Origin: Hyphomicrobiales bacterium
GTDB lineage: Bacteria > Pseudomonadota > Alphaproteobacteria > Rhizobiales > Aestuariivirgaceae
Assembly: GCA_040379425.1 (NCBI GenBank)
Contig: JBEILC010000001.1
Coordinates: 7,536 to 71,535 of the forward strand
Length of the DNA: 64,000 nucleotides
Direction: 5' to 3'
Part shown: piece after piece, positions 1 through 10,245 of the stretch
How the letters are laid out: every line of letters starts with the position of its first letter
Numbering within the stretch: the stretch's first letter is position 1
The notes under the pieces: model-generated
The model's database searches: none
Told to the model about the DNA's origin: nothing
Seen by the model: the letters and a program-made list of their open reading frames with translations, nothing else
Made by a program: the position numbers and the translations under genes

Positions 1-540
1 ACGCTGCTCGCCACCCCGGACCGGGACAGCGGCCTTGAAAAGCAGACGGTGGCGGAGGCGCAATTCCTCTTCACCGGCATGGACGGCGACTGCCACGGCG
101 GGCTCACCCGCAAGTCCGACAGTCGCATGCTGAAGCAGTACAAGCGCGGAACGGAGGTGCGCAATTCCCGCCAGGTCTCGATCCTCTCCATTGAGGAACT
201 GACCGTAGTGGCCGAGCGCATGGGCATTCCTGCGGTGAAGCCCGAATGGGTCGGCGCCAACATGGTCATCCGCGGCATCCCTGACCTGACCCTGCTGCCG
301 CCTTCGACGAGATTGCAGTTTCCCTCCGGCGCAATGTTCGTCGTCGATGCGGAAAACCACCCCTGCCGCTATCCGGCTGATATCATCGCCAAACATCACC
401 CGGAAGCGAAGAAGGGCTTCGTCGCGGCCGCCATGCACAAGCGTGGTGTGGTGGGCTGGATCGAGGCGGAAGGTGTGATCCGCACCGGAGACAGGATTAC
501 GATCTGGATTCCGCCGCAGCGCATCTACGCGCACGCATGA
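1..540 (+). CDS. MOSC domain protein (5'-truncated by window edge)
   Basis: Frame is open from base 1. Contains MOSC-type motifs GDCHGG, RNSRQVSILS, GANMVI, ENHPCRYP and RGVVGWIEAEGVIRTGD. Lies directly upstream of mobA-mobB. Confidence 0.85.
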   Translation, partial: TLLATPDRDSGLEKQTVAEAQFLFTGMDGDCHGGLTRKSDSRMLKQYKRGTEVRNSRQVSILSIEELTVVAERMGIPAVKPEWVGANMVIRGIPDLTLLPPSTRLQFPSGAMFVVDAENHPCRYPADIIAKHHPEAKKGFVAAAMHKRGVVGWIEAEGVIRTGDRITIWIPPQRIYAHA

Positions 541-1124
541 GGATTGCCGCCGTCATCGTGGCCGGCGGACGCTCCTCGCGCATGGGGCGCGAGAAAGCGT
601 TCGAAATGGTCGGTGGACGGACGATCATGTCCCGCGTTGTGGAGCGCCTGACCGGTCAGGCCTTGGCTATCGTGATCAATGCCAATGGTGATGCGGAGCG
701 GTTCAGGGATCTTGGCCTTCCCGTCGTCGGGGATGCCCGGCCCGATGTGGGCACGCCGCTGGCCGGGCTTCATGCCGCGCTGCGCTTCGCCAATGAACAA
801 GGCTTCGATGCAGTCCTCACCGTTCCCTCTGATTGTCCCTTTCTCCCCTTGGATCTGGCGGACCGTCTGGCCGCTGAAGGCGGAGATGCCGCCATCGCGG
901 CGTCTGGCGGGCAGGCGCATTTCCTGACGGGATTGTGGTCTTGCCATCTGCTTCCCGATCTTCAGCAGGCGCTGGACCAGCCGCCGCGGCTTCAGGACTG
1001 GGCGAGGCGTTGTCGAGCCGCCATCGTCGAATGGCCTGCCACACCCTACGATCCGTTCTTCAACGTTAACACCCCGGAAGAGCTTGCGGAGGCCGAGCGG
1101 ATTGCGGCAGAGTTCCGCGCATGA
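537..1124 (+). CDS. mobA: Molybdenum cofactor guanylyltransferase
   Basis: VAGGRSSRMGREKA, GTPLAGL, VPSDCPFLP and C-terminal FFNVNTPEEL motifs; ATGA overlap with the MOSC gene. Confidence 0.95.
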   Translation: MRIAAVIVAGGRSSRMGREKAFEMVGGRTIMSRVVERLTGQALAIVINANGDAERFRDLGLPVVGDARPDVGTPLAGLHAALRFANEQGFDAVLTVPSDCPFLPLDLADRLAAEGGDAAIAASGGQAHFLTGLWSCHLLPDLQQALDQPPRLQDWARRCRAAIVEWPATPYDPFFNVNTPEELAEAERIAAEFRA

Positions 1125-1621
1125 ACAGGGTGATCGGCGTCGCGGGCTTCAAGAATGCGGGAAAGACCACGCTGGTAGAGAAACTCGTCACTGAACTCAC
1201 ACGGCGCGGATACCGCATCTCGACGGTGAAGCACGCACATCATTCATTCGATATCGATCATGAGGGCCGTGACAGCTTCCGCCACCGCAAAGCGGGTGCG
1301 TCCGAAGTGGCGGTCGTCTCGCGCCACCGCTGGGCGATCATCCATGAATCGCGGAAGGATGCGGAGCCTACGCTTGAGGACATTCTGTCCAAGCTCGAGC
1401 CCTGCGATCTGGTGATCGTCGAGGGATATAAGCGCGATGCGCATGACAAGATCGAAGTGCGCAACCTTGCGTTCTCGAACCCTGAGCTCACGGGCGATGA
1501 CCCGACGATCGTGGCGATCGCCGCCAATGGGCCTGTTGGCGATGCACCCGTTCCGCTGTTCGACCGCGACGATGTTTCAGCACTCGCAAGTTTCATCGAA
1601 AAGCATACGGGGCTCACATGA
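1121..1621 (+). CDS. mobB: Molybdopterin-guanine dinucleotide biosynthesis protein B
   Basis: P-loop GFKNAGKTT, TVKHAHHSFDID, GRDSFRHRKAGA, DLVIVEGYK; coupled to mobA. Confidence 0.95.
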   Translation: MNRVIGVAGFKNAGKTTLVEKLVTELTRRGYRISTVKHAHHSFDIDHEGRDSFRHRKAGASEVAVVSRHRWAIIHESRKDAEPTLEDILSKLEPCDLVIVEGYKRDAHDKIEVRNLAFSNPELTGDDPTIVAIAANGPVGDAPVPLFDRDDVSALASFIEKHTGLT

Positions 1622-2154
1622 CACCGCAGGACGTCACGCGTTTCTGGGAGCAGGCTGGCGAGGCGCGCTGGTTCTTCAAGGATGCGGCCTTCGATGGCGC
1701 CCTCAAGGTGCGGTTTGGCGCGGCGCTGGCCGAGGCGCGCAACGGCGCGTTTGACCACTGGGGCGAGACGCCGGAAGGTGCGCTGGGTCTCGTCATCCTG
1801 CTGGACCAGGTCTCGCGCAACATCCATCGGGGCAGCCCGCTGGCCTTCGCAGCGGATGCGAAAGCGCTCCGGCTGGCGAAGCACTGGGTCGGCCAGGGCT
1901 TCCACCACAAGCTTCCGGCCCCCCGGGCAAGCTGGCTGATCATGCCCTACGAGCATGCCGAGGACATCGACGCCCAGCACAGATGCATGGCCCTGTTCCA
2001 GTCCATGGGCCTCTCCGGCATGGCGTACTGGGCCAAGGTGCATCTCGACATCATCGCGCGGTTCGGGCGCTTTCCGCACCGGAATGCGGTTCTCGGGCGG
2101 TGCTCGACGCCGGAGGAGCTTGCCTTTCTCAAGTCCGGCGGTTTCGCGGGGTGA
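1618..2154 (+). CDS. DUF924 family protein
   Basis: FW...WF, VILLDQVSRNIHRG, PYEHAED and IARFGRFPHRNAVLGRCSTPEE motifs. Confidence 0.9.
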   Translation: MTPQDVTRFWEQAGEARWFFKDAAFDGALKVRFGAALAEARNGAFDHWGETPEGALGLVILLDQVSRNIHRGSPLAFAADAKALRLAKHWVGQGFHHKLPAPRASWLIMPYEHAEDIDAQHRCMALFQSMGLSGMAYWAKVHLDIIARFGRFPHRNAVLGRCSTPEELAFLKSGGFAG

Positions 2155-2219
2155 GTGTCGGATTCCGCCCTGTCCCGGTCGTTCCGCCTCACGACTGTTG
2201 AACTGGGCTCACTATTGTT

Positions 2220-2238
2220 CCGGAAATTCCACTTCCGG
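2220..2238. promoter_or_regulatory. Palindromic candidate operator CCGGAA-N7-TTCCGG
   Basis: Perfect 6-bp inverted repeat ending 17 nt upstream of the ATG at 2256; the binding factor is unknown. Confidence 0.3.
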
Positions 2239-2255
2239 GGTCAAGGGATCTACCC

Positions 2256-4772
2256 ATGAAAACACATGCGCGCGTGGTCGTCATCGGCGGGGGCGTGGTG
2301 GGCGTCGGCACGCTCTACCATCTGGCCAAGAAGGGCTGGAGCGACGTCGTCCTGATCGAGCGGAAGGAGCTGACCTCCGGTTCGACCTGGCATGCCGCAG
2401 GCCTGCTGCCACTGTTCAACCTGTCCTATTCGGTGGGCCAGATCCACAAATACTCGGTCAAGCTCTACAATTCGCTCGAGGCGGAGACCGGCCAGCACGT
2501 GGGCTTCAAGAAGGTCTCCAACATCCGCCTCGCCCGCACCAAGGACCGCTGGGACGAGTTCATGCATTACGCCGGCGTCGCCGAGACGATCGGCGTCAAG
2601 GTCAACACGCTGACGCCCGCCCAGGTCAAGGAGATCTGGCCACTGTGCGAGACGGACGGTCTCATCGGCGCCATCCAGCACCCGGATGATGGTTACATCC
2701 AGCCCGCCGACCTCACCCAGGCCATGGCCAAGGGTGCGCGCGCCAAGGGTGCCGAGATCTACCGCAACACCTTGGTCACCGGCATCGGGCAGAAGCCCAA
2801 TGGCGAGTGGATCATGAAGACCGACCAGGGCGACATCACCTGCGAGCACGTCGTCTCCGCCACGGGCAACTTCGCCCGCAAGACCGGCGCTCTGGTGGGC
2901 CTCGACATTCCGGTGATTCCGGTCGAGCACCAGTACATCGTCACCGAGCCCCATCCGCTCATCAAGGAACGCCAGGCCAAGGGCCTGCCCGAAATGGGCG
3001 TGCTGCGCGAGGCCGATTCCTCCTGGTACATGCGCGAGGAGAATGGCGGGTTGCTGCTCGGCCCTTATGAGCACGGCGCGCCCTGCTGCTACATGGATGG
3101 TCCATCCGACCAGAGCGAATACGAGCTCTTCCAGGAAGACCTGGACCGGCTGGCGCCCCACATCGAAACGGCGATCACCCGTGTTCCCGCTTTCGGTGAA
3201 GTGGGCATCAAGAAGGTCTACAACGGCGCCATCGCATATACGCCCGATGGTTCGCCAATCATCGGACCCGCCTGGGACAAGAAGAATTTCTGGCTGAACG
3301 AGGGTCATTCCTTCGGCGTCACGGCCGCAGGCGGTGCCGGCTGGCAGCTGGCCGAATGGATCGTCGAGGGCGAACCGTCAATCGACATGATGGGCGTCGA
3401 TCCCCGCCGTTTCGGTCCCTACGCGACGCGCGGCTACCTCAAGACCAAGAACGAGGAAGCCTATGCCAACGTCTTCACGCCGCATTATCCGGACGAGGAG
3501 CGCTCCGCCGCGCGCCCGCTGAAGCGCACGCCGGTCTATGACCGCATGAAGGATCTGGGTGGCGTGTTCGGCTCCGTCTATGGCTGGGAGCGGCCGGGCT
3601 GGTTTGCGCCGAAGGACTATGCGCTGACCAAGGAGCAGCTCAACAGCCCCGACGTTCTCACCAACCATAACTATGCTCCCCCCACGGATGATGGCCGAAT
3701 CGTCGAGAAGTGGTCGTTCCGCAGGTCCAACTACTTCCCCTTCGTGGGCGAGGAGTGCCGGAACGTGATGAACAACGTCGCCATCCAGGACATGTCCGCC
3801 TTCGCCAAGATGGAAGTCTCGGGGCCTGGCGCCCGCGACTGGCTCGAATCGATCCTCGCCAACAAGATTCCGAAGAAGCAGGGCCGCATCGCGCTCTGCC
3901 ACCTGCTCACATCGCGTGGCGGCGTGCGCGCCGAATTCACCGTCTATGAATGGGCGCTGGGCCGCTTCTATCTCGTGTCCGCCGGCGCCTATGAGCGGCA
4001 TGACCATGACTATCTGAGGAAGCTCTGCCCCACCGACGGCTCGGTGCGGCTCAATGCCATCACGACGCGCTTCGGCGTGCTGGTGCTGGCTGGTCCCAAT
4101 GCGCGAAAGGTGCTGCAGAAGCTCACCGATGCCGATCTCTCGAACGAAGCCTTCCCGTGGCTCTCCGGCAAGGAGATCAGTGTCGAGCACGTCAGCGCCC
4201 ATGCACTGCGCGTGAACTTCGTGGGCGAGCTCGGCTGGGAGTTCCATCACCCGATCGAGCAGCAGATCGCACTTTTCGATCTGCTGATGGAGGCGGGCAA
4301 GAAATACGGCATCCGCCCCTATGGCATCAAGGCCATGTCGTCTCTGTCGATCGAGAAGAGCTACCGCCTCGTGCCGCGCGAGCTCTCGATCGAGTACAAC
4401 GCCTATGAGTCCGCACTCGACCGTTTCGTGCATCCGAACAAGGGCCAGTTCATCGGCCGTGACGCGGTGGTGGAAGCCAAGCAGAAGGGTCTCAACTGGA
4501 ACTTTGTCACCATGGAAGTCCATGGCGTGACGGACGGAGACTCGGATGCGCGCGGGTCCGAGCCGCTCTACCACAAGGGTGAGCTCATCGGCCGTGCGAC
4601 CAACGGTGGCTTCGGCTTCCGCGTGAACAAGTCGCTGGCGCTGGGCATGGTCCATCCGGAGCATGCGGCCATCGGCACGGAGCTGGAGATCAAGATCCTG
4701 GGCAAGCTGTTCAAGGCGACCGTGATCCCCGAGAGTCCATATGATCCCGACAACAAGGCACTCCGCGCCTGA
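2256..4772 (+). CDS. GcvT-family FAD-dependent oxidoreductase (dimethylglycine/sarcosine dehydrogenase-like)
   Basis: N-terminal GGGVVG FAD motif, GSTWHAAG, GWERP, and a C-terminal folate-binding GcvT domain (DMSAFAK, GELGWE, SLSIEKSY). Confidence 0.92.
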   Translation: MKTHARVVVIGGGVVGVGTLYHLAKKGWSDVVLIERKELTSGSTWHAAGLLPLFNLSYSVGQIHKYSVKLYNSLEAETGQHVGFKKVSNIRLARTKDRWDEFMHYAGVAETIGVKVNTLTPAQVKEIWPLCETDGLIGAIQHPDDGYIQPADLTQAMAKGARAKGAEIYRNTLVTGIGQKPNGEWIMKTDQGDITCEHVVSATGNFARKTGALVGLDIPVIPVEHQYIVTEPHPLIKERQAKGLPEMGVLREADSSWYMREENGGLLLGPYEHGAPCCYMDGPSDQSEYELFQEDLDRLAPHIETAITRVPAFGEVGIKKVYNGAIAYTPDGSPIIGPAWDKKNFWLNEGHSFGVTAAGGAGWQLAEWIVEGEPSIDMMGVDPRRFGPYATRGYLKTKNEEAYANVFTPHYPDEERSAARPLKRTPVYDRMKDLGGVFGSVYGWERPGWFAPKDYALTKEQLNSPDVLTNHNYAPPTDDGRIVEKWSFRRSNYFPFVGEECRNVMNNVAIQDMSAFAKMEVSGPGARDWLESILANKIPKKQGRIALCHLLTSRGGVRAEFTVYEWALGRFYLVSAGAYERHDHDYLRKLCPTDGSVRLNAITTRFGVLVLAGPNARKVLQKLTDADLSNEAFPWLSGKEISVEHVSAHALRVNFVGELGWEFHHPIEQQIALFDLLMEAGKKYGIRPYGIKAMSSLSIEKSYRLVPRELSIEYNAYESALDRFVHPNKGQFIGRDAVVEAKQKGLNWNFVTMEVHGVTDGDSDARGSEPLYHKGELIGRATNGGFGFRVNKSLALGMVHPEHAAIGTELEIKILGKLFKATVIPESPYDPDNKALRA

Positions 4773-4899
4773 GCATTGGCGATAACGAAACGCAAAGGGC
4801 CAGGTCAGAAACCCGGCACTCATGGTCTTGGACAGGCGTTGCAGGACCTGATGGTCGCAGGCCATAACGGCAGCCGAACGGAGCGAATCGAACCCACAC

Positions 4900-5811
4900 A
4901 TGCAGCCCCCCACACCGGGATATGGGACAGGTATCCTGTTCGTGCTGGGCGCCACGCTGGGCTGGAGCCTGGCTGGCGTCTTCGTGCGGTTCCTCCCGGG
5001 GCTCGACGGCTGGCAGATCAATTGCTGGCGCGGCTTGTGGATGTCCGTCTTCCTCCTCGTCTATCTGGTCACGGTCTATGGCAGGCACACCACGGACAAG
5101 TTTCGTGAGGTCCCGCTGCCGGCGCTCATCGGCGTGGCAGGGTTCTTCACGGCGGGTTCCACGCTCTATGTCACATCGCTGACGCTGGCGGGAACGGCGA
5201 CGGTGTCGGTCATCGGGGCCTTGTCGCCGATCTTCGCGGGCGTGCTGAGCCCGTGGATCACGCAGGAGCGCCCGTCGCTTGCCTCATGGGCGGCAGCGCT
5301 GTTGGCGTTGGGCGGTGTTGCCGTCATTGCCTGGGACGGGTTCAGTGCTGGAAACATCACCGGCATACTTGTTTCGCTTCTGGTGCCGCTGTCATTTGCA
5401 GGCCAGACCGTGATGCTGAGGCGTTATCGCGCTTTTGATATGGTGCCCGCCATTTGTGTCGGTGGCTTCGTCACCTTCTTCCTCTCGGGTGCTATGGGCT
5501 ATGTCATCGCGGGCCATGCGGGCGGCGGATTTCAGGTGACACTGGAGCAGATGCTGCTGCTGGCGCTGATGGGACCCCTCCAGCTTTCCATTCCCTTGAT
5601 CATGTATGCCAAGGGTGCCAAATCCGTTCCCGCCGTGACGCTGTCGCTCGTGGCGATGCTTGACGTGGTGCTGAATCCTTTCTGGAGTTGGCTGGGCGTC
5701 GGTGAAGTTCCAACCCGCTCCGCCCTGATCGGCGGCGCCATCATCGTGGGGGCTGTGGTGATCTCGATCTTTGGCGACCGATGGCTCGGCAGGCGGGGGA
5801 TGGTCCGCTGA
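4900..5811 (+). CDS. DMT/EamA family transporter
   Basis: About 10 hydrophobic segments in a two-repeat EamA layout (WSLAGVFVR; LSPIFAGVLS; MLDVVLNPFWSWL). Confidence 0.85.
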   Translation: MQPPTPGYGTGILFVLGATLGWSLAGVFVRFLPGLDGWQINCWRGLWMSVFLLVYLVTVYGRHTTDKFREVPLPALIGVAGFFTAGSTLYVTSLTLAGTATVSVIGALSPIFAGVLSPWITQERPSLASWAAALLALGGVAVIAWDGFSAGNITGILVSLLVPLSFAGQTVMLRRYRAFDMVPAICVGGFVTFFLSGAMGYVIAGHAGGGFQVTLEQMLLLALMGPLQLSIPLIMYAKGAKSVPAVTLSLVAMLDVVLNPFWSWLGVGEVPTRSALIGGAIIVGAVVISIFGDRWLGRRGMVR

Positions 5812-6695
5812 TGTCCCGCTCCACCGCAACGCTCATCGGCTTCACCGCCATATTGATGTGGGCGCTGCTTGCGCTCATGACGGCCGCGAGCGGCAATGTG
5901 CCGCCCTTTCAGCTTGCGGCCATGACCTTCCTGATCGGTGGGTTGATGGGCGCCGTGACCTGGCCCTTCCGCAAGGGTGCCATGTCGTCACTGCGGCAAG
6001 GGTGGCAGGTGTGGCTCTTGGGCGTGGGTGGGCTCTTTGGCTATCACTTCGTTTATTTCAGCGCGATACGCGCCGCACCTGCGGTTGAGGTGAGCCTGAT
6101 TGCCTATCTCTGGCCGCTGTTCCTCGTGGTGTTTTCCGCCCTGCTGCCCGGCGAGCGCCTGAAGCTGCATCATGTCGCCGGGGTGCTGCTGGGCCTTGCG
6201 GGCGCTGTCATCATCATCACCCGCGGCGAGGGCCTCGCGCTCGCCAACGGCTTCGAGACCGGCCATGGGCTGGCCTTTGCCTGTTCCCTGATCTGGGCGG
6301 CCTATTCGGTGCTGTCGCGCCGCTTCGGCACGGTCTCGACCGATGTCGTCGCGGGGTTCTGCCTGGTGACGGCGCTGCTCTCCGCCCTCTGCCATCTTGC
6401 CTTCGAAACCACCGTGTGGCCGGCTGACGCGCTGCAATGGGCTGCAGTGCTGGGCCTCGGACTTCTGCCCGTTGGTGCCGCCTTCTACACCTGGGACTAT
6501 GGCGTAAAGCAAGGTGACATCATGGTACTTGGTGCCGCGTCCTATGCGTCACCGCTGCTTTCAACGCTGGTGCTGGTTGCCACGGGCTTCGCACCCTTGA
6601 CCTGGACGGTGGTCGCTGCCTGCCTGCTCATCACCGTTGGAGCCGTGATCGCGGCCAAGGACATGCTGGTCAAGCGCCGTCCCGCTGCTACCTGA
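5811..6695 (+). CDS. DMT/EamA family transporter (YddG-like)
   Basis: ATG at 5811 overlaps the upstream TGA (TGATG). Motifs ATLIGFTAILMWALLA, AYLWPLF and YASPLLSTL. Confidence 0.88.
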   Translation: MSRSTATLIGFTAILMWALLALMTAASGNVPPFQLAAMTFLIGGLMGAVTWPFRKGAMSSLRQGWQVWLLGVGGLFGYHFVYFSAIRAAPAVEVSLIAYLWPLFLVVFSALLPGERLKLHHVAGVLLGLAGAVIIITRGEGLALANGFETGHGLAFACSLIWAAYSVLSRRFGTVSTDVVAGFCLVTALLSALCHLAFETTVWPADALQWAAVLGLGLLPVGAAFYTWDYGVKQGDIMVLGAASYASPLLSTLVLVATGFAPLTWTVVAACLLITVGAVIAAKDMLVKRRPAAT

Positions 6696-7461
6696 AGCCA
6701 TCCTTGCGGCGGCGGAGCTCCGCGAAGACCTGCGCGTCATCAGCCTGTTCGAGGCCGAGTGTCTTCCTGATCTCCGCACTGCCGGTTCTGAGGAAGGGAT
6801 TGGTCCTAAGTTCATCGCCGATGGTCGTCGGGCAGGTCATGCGGCCTTCCGCGCGCAGGCGGTCCACCTCCGCCGCGCGCTGCTGCAGTGCTGCGTTCGA
6901 CGGTTCGACGGAGAGCGCGAAGTGGGCATTCGACTGGGTATACTCATGGCCGCAATAGAGCCTGGTCGAGGGGGGAAGCGCCCCGAACTGGCTGACCGAG
7001 CGGTACATCTCCTCCATCGTTCCCTCGAACACCCGTCCGCAGCCGAGCGAGAACAGCGTATCTGCCGCCAAGACCGCATCCTCGGCAGGCATGTAGAAGG
7101 CGATGTGTCCCTTGGTGTGGCCTGGGCAGTCCATGACCTGGACCTCCTGACCGGCCCAGCTGAAGCTTTCGCCGCCCGCGACTTGCGTGTCGATGCCGGG
7201 GATCCGGTCAGCCTCGGCCCGGGGCCCGATGATGGTGCAGCCGAACTTCTGTTTCAGCGCCAGATTGCCTTCCACATGATCGTCATGGTGGTGGGTTGTG
7301 AAGATGTGGGTGAGCCGCCAGCCGAGTCCGCCGAGCTGCTGTTCGATTGCCGCGGCGTCGGGCGCATCGACGCTGACCGTCGCACCGGACTTGTGATCAT
7401 GCACCAGTAGTCCATAATTGTCCGAACGGCAGATGAATGGATGGAACGCAAGATGCGGCAT
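6688..7461 (-). CDS. gloB: Hydroxyacylglutathione hydrolase (glyoxalase II)
   Basis: Metallo-beta-lactamase THHHDDH, PGHTKGH, DTLFSLGCGR, CGHEYT, TNPFLR. Confidence 0.95.
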   Translation of the reverse strand: MPHLAFHPFICRSDNYGLLVHDHKSGATVSVDAPDAAAIEQQLGGLGWRLTHIFTTHHHDDHVEGNLALKQKFGCTIIGPRAEADRIPGIDTQVAGGESFSWAGQEVQVMDCPGHTKGHIAFYMPAEDAVLAADTLFSLGCGRVFEGTMEEMYRSVSQFGALPPSTRLYCGHEYTQSNAHFALSVEPSNAALQQRAAEVDRLRAEGRMTCPTTIGDELRTNPFLRTGSAEIRKTLGLEQADDAQVFAELRRRKDGFR

Positions 7462-7526
7462 GGGAGAATGACCTTCTGCTTCGAATGGAATGACCCCTGG
7501 ACACCCGGGACCTCGTCAGGATCCTG

Positions 7527-8270
7527 ATGGATATCGTTGACCTAAGGGAGTTCTACGGCAGCCGACTCGGCTTGGCTACACGGCGCTCACTGGCAGGCAG
7601 GCTGAGGCCGCGCCTTGCCGGGCTCGCCGCCGGCCGCGTCATGGGGCTGGGTTATGCCATGCCCTATCTGTCGGACTGCCTGCCCAATGCCGAAACACAG
7701 CTGGCCTTCATGATGGCGCGGCAGGGCGTGTTCCGCTGGCCGGAGGAGGGTGCGGTTCAGTCGGCACTGGTGGATGAATGCGACCTGCCCCTGCTCGAAA
7801 GCGTGGTGGATGTTGCTCTCGTCGTGCATGGCCTTGAGCTTACCGACGCGCCACAGGAGATGCTGCGGGAAATCTGGCGTGTTCTCGCCCCCCAGGGCAG
7901 GCTGTTTCTTGTCGTGCCGAACCGCCGCGGCGTCTGGGCGCGCTTCGACACCTCGCCCTTCGGCTATGGCCAACCCTTTTCCCGTCCCCAACTGTCCGGC
8001 CTGTTGAGGGAAAGCCAGTTCTCCGTCGTGTCCTGGTCCTATGCGCTGTATTTCCCGCCGTCCACCCGGAGCGCGGTCTTGTCCGCGGCACCCGCCATCG
8101 AGGGGCTGGGCTCCCGGCTGATGCCCGCGCTGTCCGGCGTCATCATCGTCGAGGCGGTGAAGCAGGTCTATGCGGTGGCCTCCGGCAAGCGCACCCGGCG
8201 GCTTTCTCCCCGCACGCGTCCCGCCCTGTCACCCGTGCCCACCACCCGGCGCATGCCGGCCGATCCATAG
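7527..8270 (+). CDS. Class I SAM-dependent methyltransferase (YafS-like)
   Basis: MDIVDLREFY, GLGYA, WRVLAPQGRL, PNRRGVWAR; divergent from gloB. Confidence 0.85.
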   Translation: MDIVDLREFYGSRLGLATRRSLAGRLRPRLAGLAAGRVMGLGYAMPYLSDCLPNAETQLAFMMARQGVFRWPEEGAVQSALVDECDLPLLESVVDVALVVHGLELTDAPQEMLREIWRVLAPQGRLFLVVPNRRGVWARFDTSPFGYGQPFSRPQLSGLLRESQFSVVSWSYALYFPPSTRSAVLSAAPAIEGLGSRLMPALSGVIIVEAVKQVYAVASGKRTRRLSPRTRPALSPVPTTRRMPADP

Positions 8271-8365
8271 GATATGATTGCAATTCCTGGATTGGCGCCT
8301 ATGAATAGCCCGCCGCGGCGGCACCCCCGGCAGCCGTCCCAATGCCACGCGAGCCCGACGAACGA

Positions 8366-9148
8366 ATGACTGCCCCCCCTCCGGATAAGGCGCTGGAAGC
8401 CATCAGGCGGGAAATCGATTCGATTGACGACGAGATCCTTCAGCTGCTGGAGCGGCGCTTCGCGGCTACGGGGCGGGTCAAGGCCACTAAGACCCATGAC
8501 GGTTCGATTGCCGCTTCGCCCTTCCGGCCTGCCCGTGAGGCGATGATGCTGCGGCGGCTCATCGGCAGGGCAGGGGGAGCGGTTCCCCCTGATGTGCTGG
8601 TGAGGCTCTGGCGGGTCATCCTGTCCGCCTCAGCCCAGCTCCAGGCGCCCGTCACCCTGCATCTGGACAAGGAACTGGGCCATGATCCCGTGAGCCGGTT
8701 GATCATCGGCCAGCATTTCTGCGGCATGACGGTCGCTGTGCATGGCTCTGCCGCTGGTGCCGTTGATGCACTTCGCACCGCGCAGGGCGATGTCGCCATC
8801 CTGGGCATCGGTTCTGATTGGGCCGATGCATTCTCCCCGGGTGCGAAGGGGTCTCCCAGCGTGATCGGCACCTTGCCGGTGCTCTCCGGCGGGAGCCTGC
8901 CGCAATTTCTCGTGTTCGGCCATGCCGAGCCCCAGGCGAGCGGCGATGACGAGACACTCATCCTCTGTCCTCAAGGCGCGTCCCTGCCGTTCCCGGTTCT
9001 CTGGCAGGCGGTTTCCGGCCGCTTCACGCTGGCGAGCCTGCCGGGCTTCCTCGGTGGAGAAGATCCCTTGCTTCATGACCATCTGGCGCGCAGTCCAGGT
9101 GCCTCCGTTGCCGGGCGCTGCCCGCGCCCCATCAAGGTATCAACATGA
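8366..9148 (+). CDS. Chorismate mutase (N-terminal AroQ domain plus C-terminal extension)
   Basis: [23 protein letters not shown] and RPARE motifs; first gene of the CM-hisC-tyrC operon. Start at ATG 8366 is inferred (the ORF opens at 8342). Confidence 0.85.
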   Translation: MTAPPPDKALEAIRREIDSIDDEILQLLERRFAATGRVKATKTHDGSIAASPFRPAREAMMLRRLIGRAGGAVPPDVLVRLWRVILSASAQLQAPVTLHLDKELGHDPVSRLIIGQHFCGMTVAVHGSAAGAVDALRTAQGDVAILGIGSDWADAFSPGAKGSPSVIGTLPVLSGGSLPQFLVFGHAEPQASGDDETLILCPQGASLPFPVLWQAVSGRFTLASLPGFLGGEDPLLHDHLARSPGASVAGRCPRPIKVST

Positions 9149-10245
9149 CAGATTCCCGTTCCTCCCAGCCGATCCCCAAGCCTGGCATTCTCGAGATCTC
9201 GGCCTATGTGCCGGGCAAGAGCGGCGCGAAGGATGCGAAGGTTCACAAGCTGTCCTCGAATGAATCCCCCATCGGCGCCAGTGCCAAGGCCATCGCTGCC
9301 TATAAGGCCGTGGCCGACGCGCTGGAGCTTTATCCCGACGGTTCAGCCACGCAGCTCAGGGCCGCGATTGCCAGCCGTTACGGCCTCATGGCCGAAAACA
9401 TCGTGTGCGGTGCGGGCTCGGACGAATTGCTGCAGTTGCTGGCCCATGCCTATCTGGGTCCCGGCGATGAGGCGATCTACAGCCATTATGGCTTCCTTGT
9501 TTATCCGATCGCCATCCAGTCCAATGGCGCGACGCCCGTGGTGGCGCCTGAGAAGGATTACCTCGCCGATGTGGATGCCATCCTGGCGCGAATCACGGAC
9601 AGGACACGCATGGTGTTCCTGGCCAATCCCAACAATCCGACGGGCCGCTATCTTCCCTTCAGCGAGGTGAAACGCCTGCATGCGGGGCTGCCCGGCAATG
9701 TGCTGCTCGTGCTCGATGCGGCATATGCCGAATATGTCCGCCGCAATGACTATGAGGCGGGCCTCGAACTTGTTGCCACCTCTGCCAATGTCGTGATGAC
9801 GCGGACCTTCTCCAAGATTTACGGGCTTGCAGCACTTCGGCTCGGCTGGGCCTATTGCCCGGCGCATGTGGCGGACGTGCTGAACCGTGTGCGCGGTCCC
9901 TTCAACATCAGCGGGCCGGCGATTGCCGCGGGTGCCGCGGCGCTGGCGGACCATGACTTCGTTGAGCGCGCCGTCGCCCATAACGACACCTGGCTGCCGT
10001 GGCTTTCGGGCGAACTCTCAGGCCTCGGACTCAACGTGACGCCGAGTGTCGGCAATTTCGTGCTGGTGCATTTCCCCGCCGCTGTGAACCGCAATGCCCA
10101 TGCCGCCGATGCCTATCTTCAGGAGAACGGCTTCCTGGTGCGCCGCATGGATGCCTATGGCTTGCCAGGTGCTTTACGCATCAGCGTCGGGACGGAAGAG
10201 GCCAACCGCGGCCTGGTGGCCTGCCTGAAGGCTTTCATGTCATGA
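9145..10245 (+). CDS. hisC: Histidinol-phosphate aminotransferase
   Basis: [49 protein letters not shown] (PLP lysine), LRISVG. Confidence 0.96.
   Translation: MTDSRSSQPIPKPGILEISAYVPGKSGAKDAKVHKLSSNESPIGASAKAIAAYKAVADALELYPDGSATQLRAAIASRYGLMAENIVCGAGSDELLQLLAHAYLGPGDEAIYSHYGFLVYPIAIQSNGATPVVAPEKDYLADVDAILARITDRTRMVFLANPNNPTGRYLPFSEVKRLHAGLPGNVLLVLDAAYAEYVRRNDYEAGLELVATSANVVMTRTFSKIYGLAALRLGWAYCPAHVADVLNRVRGPFNISGPAIAAGAAALADHDFVERAVAHNDTWLPWLSGELSGLGLNVTPSVGNFVLVHFPAAVNRNAHAADAYLQENGFLVRRMDAYGLPGALRISVGTEEANRGLVACLKAFMS

Noticed and set aside
2250-5021. Long antisense ORFs (352 aa and 547 aa) opposite the GcvT-family gene; similar shadows at 14093-15331 and across the flagellar genes
   Set aside because: They are typical stop-poor shadow frames of high-GC coding DNA, with no recognisable motifs or RBS, and fully overlap well-supported genes.
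8271-8365. Possible attenuator or leader before the chorismate mutase operon
   Set aside because: No aromatic-codon-rich leader peptide or terminator/antiterminator pair is visible.
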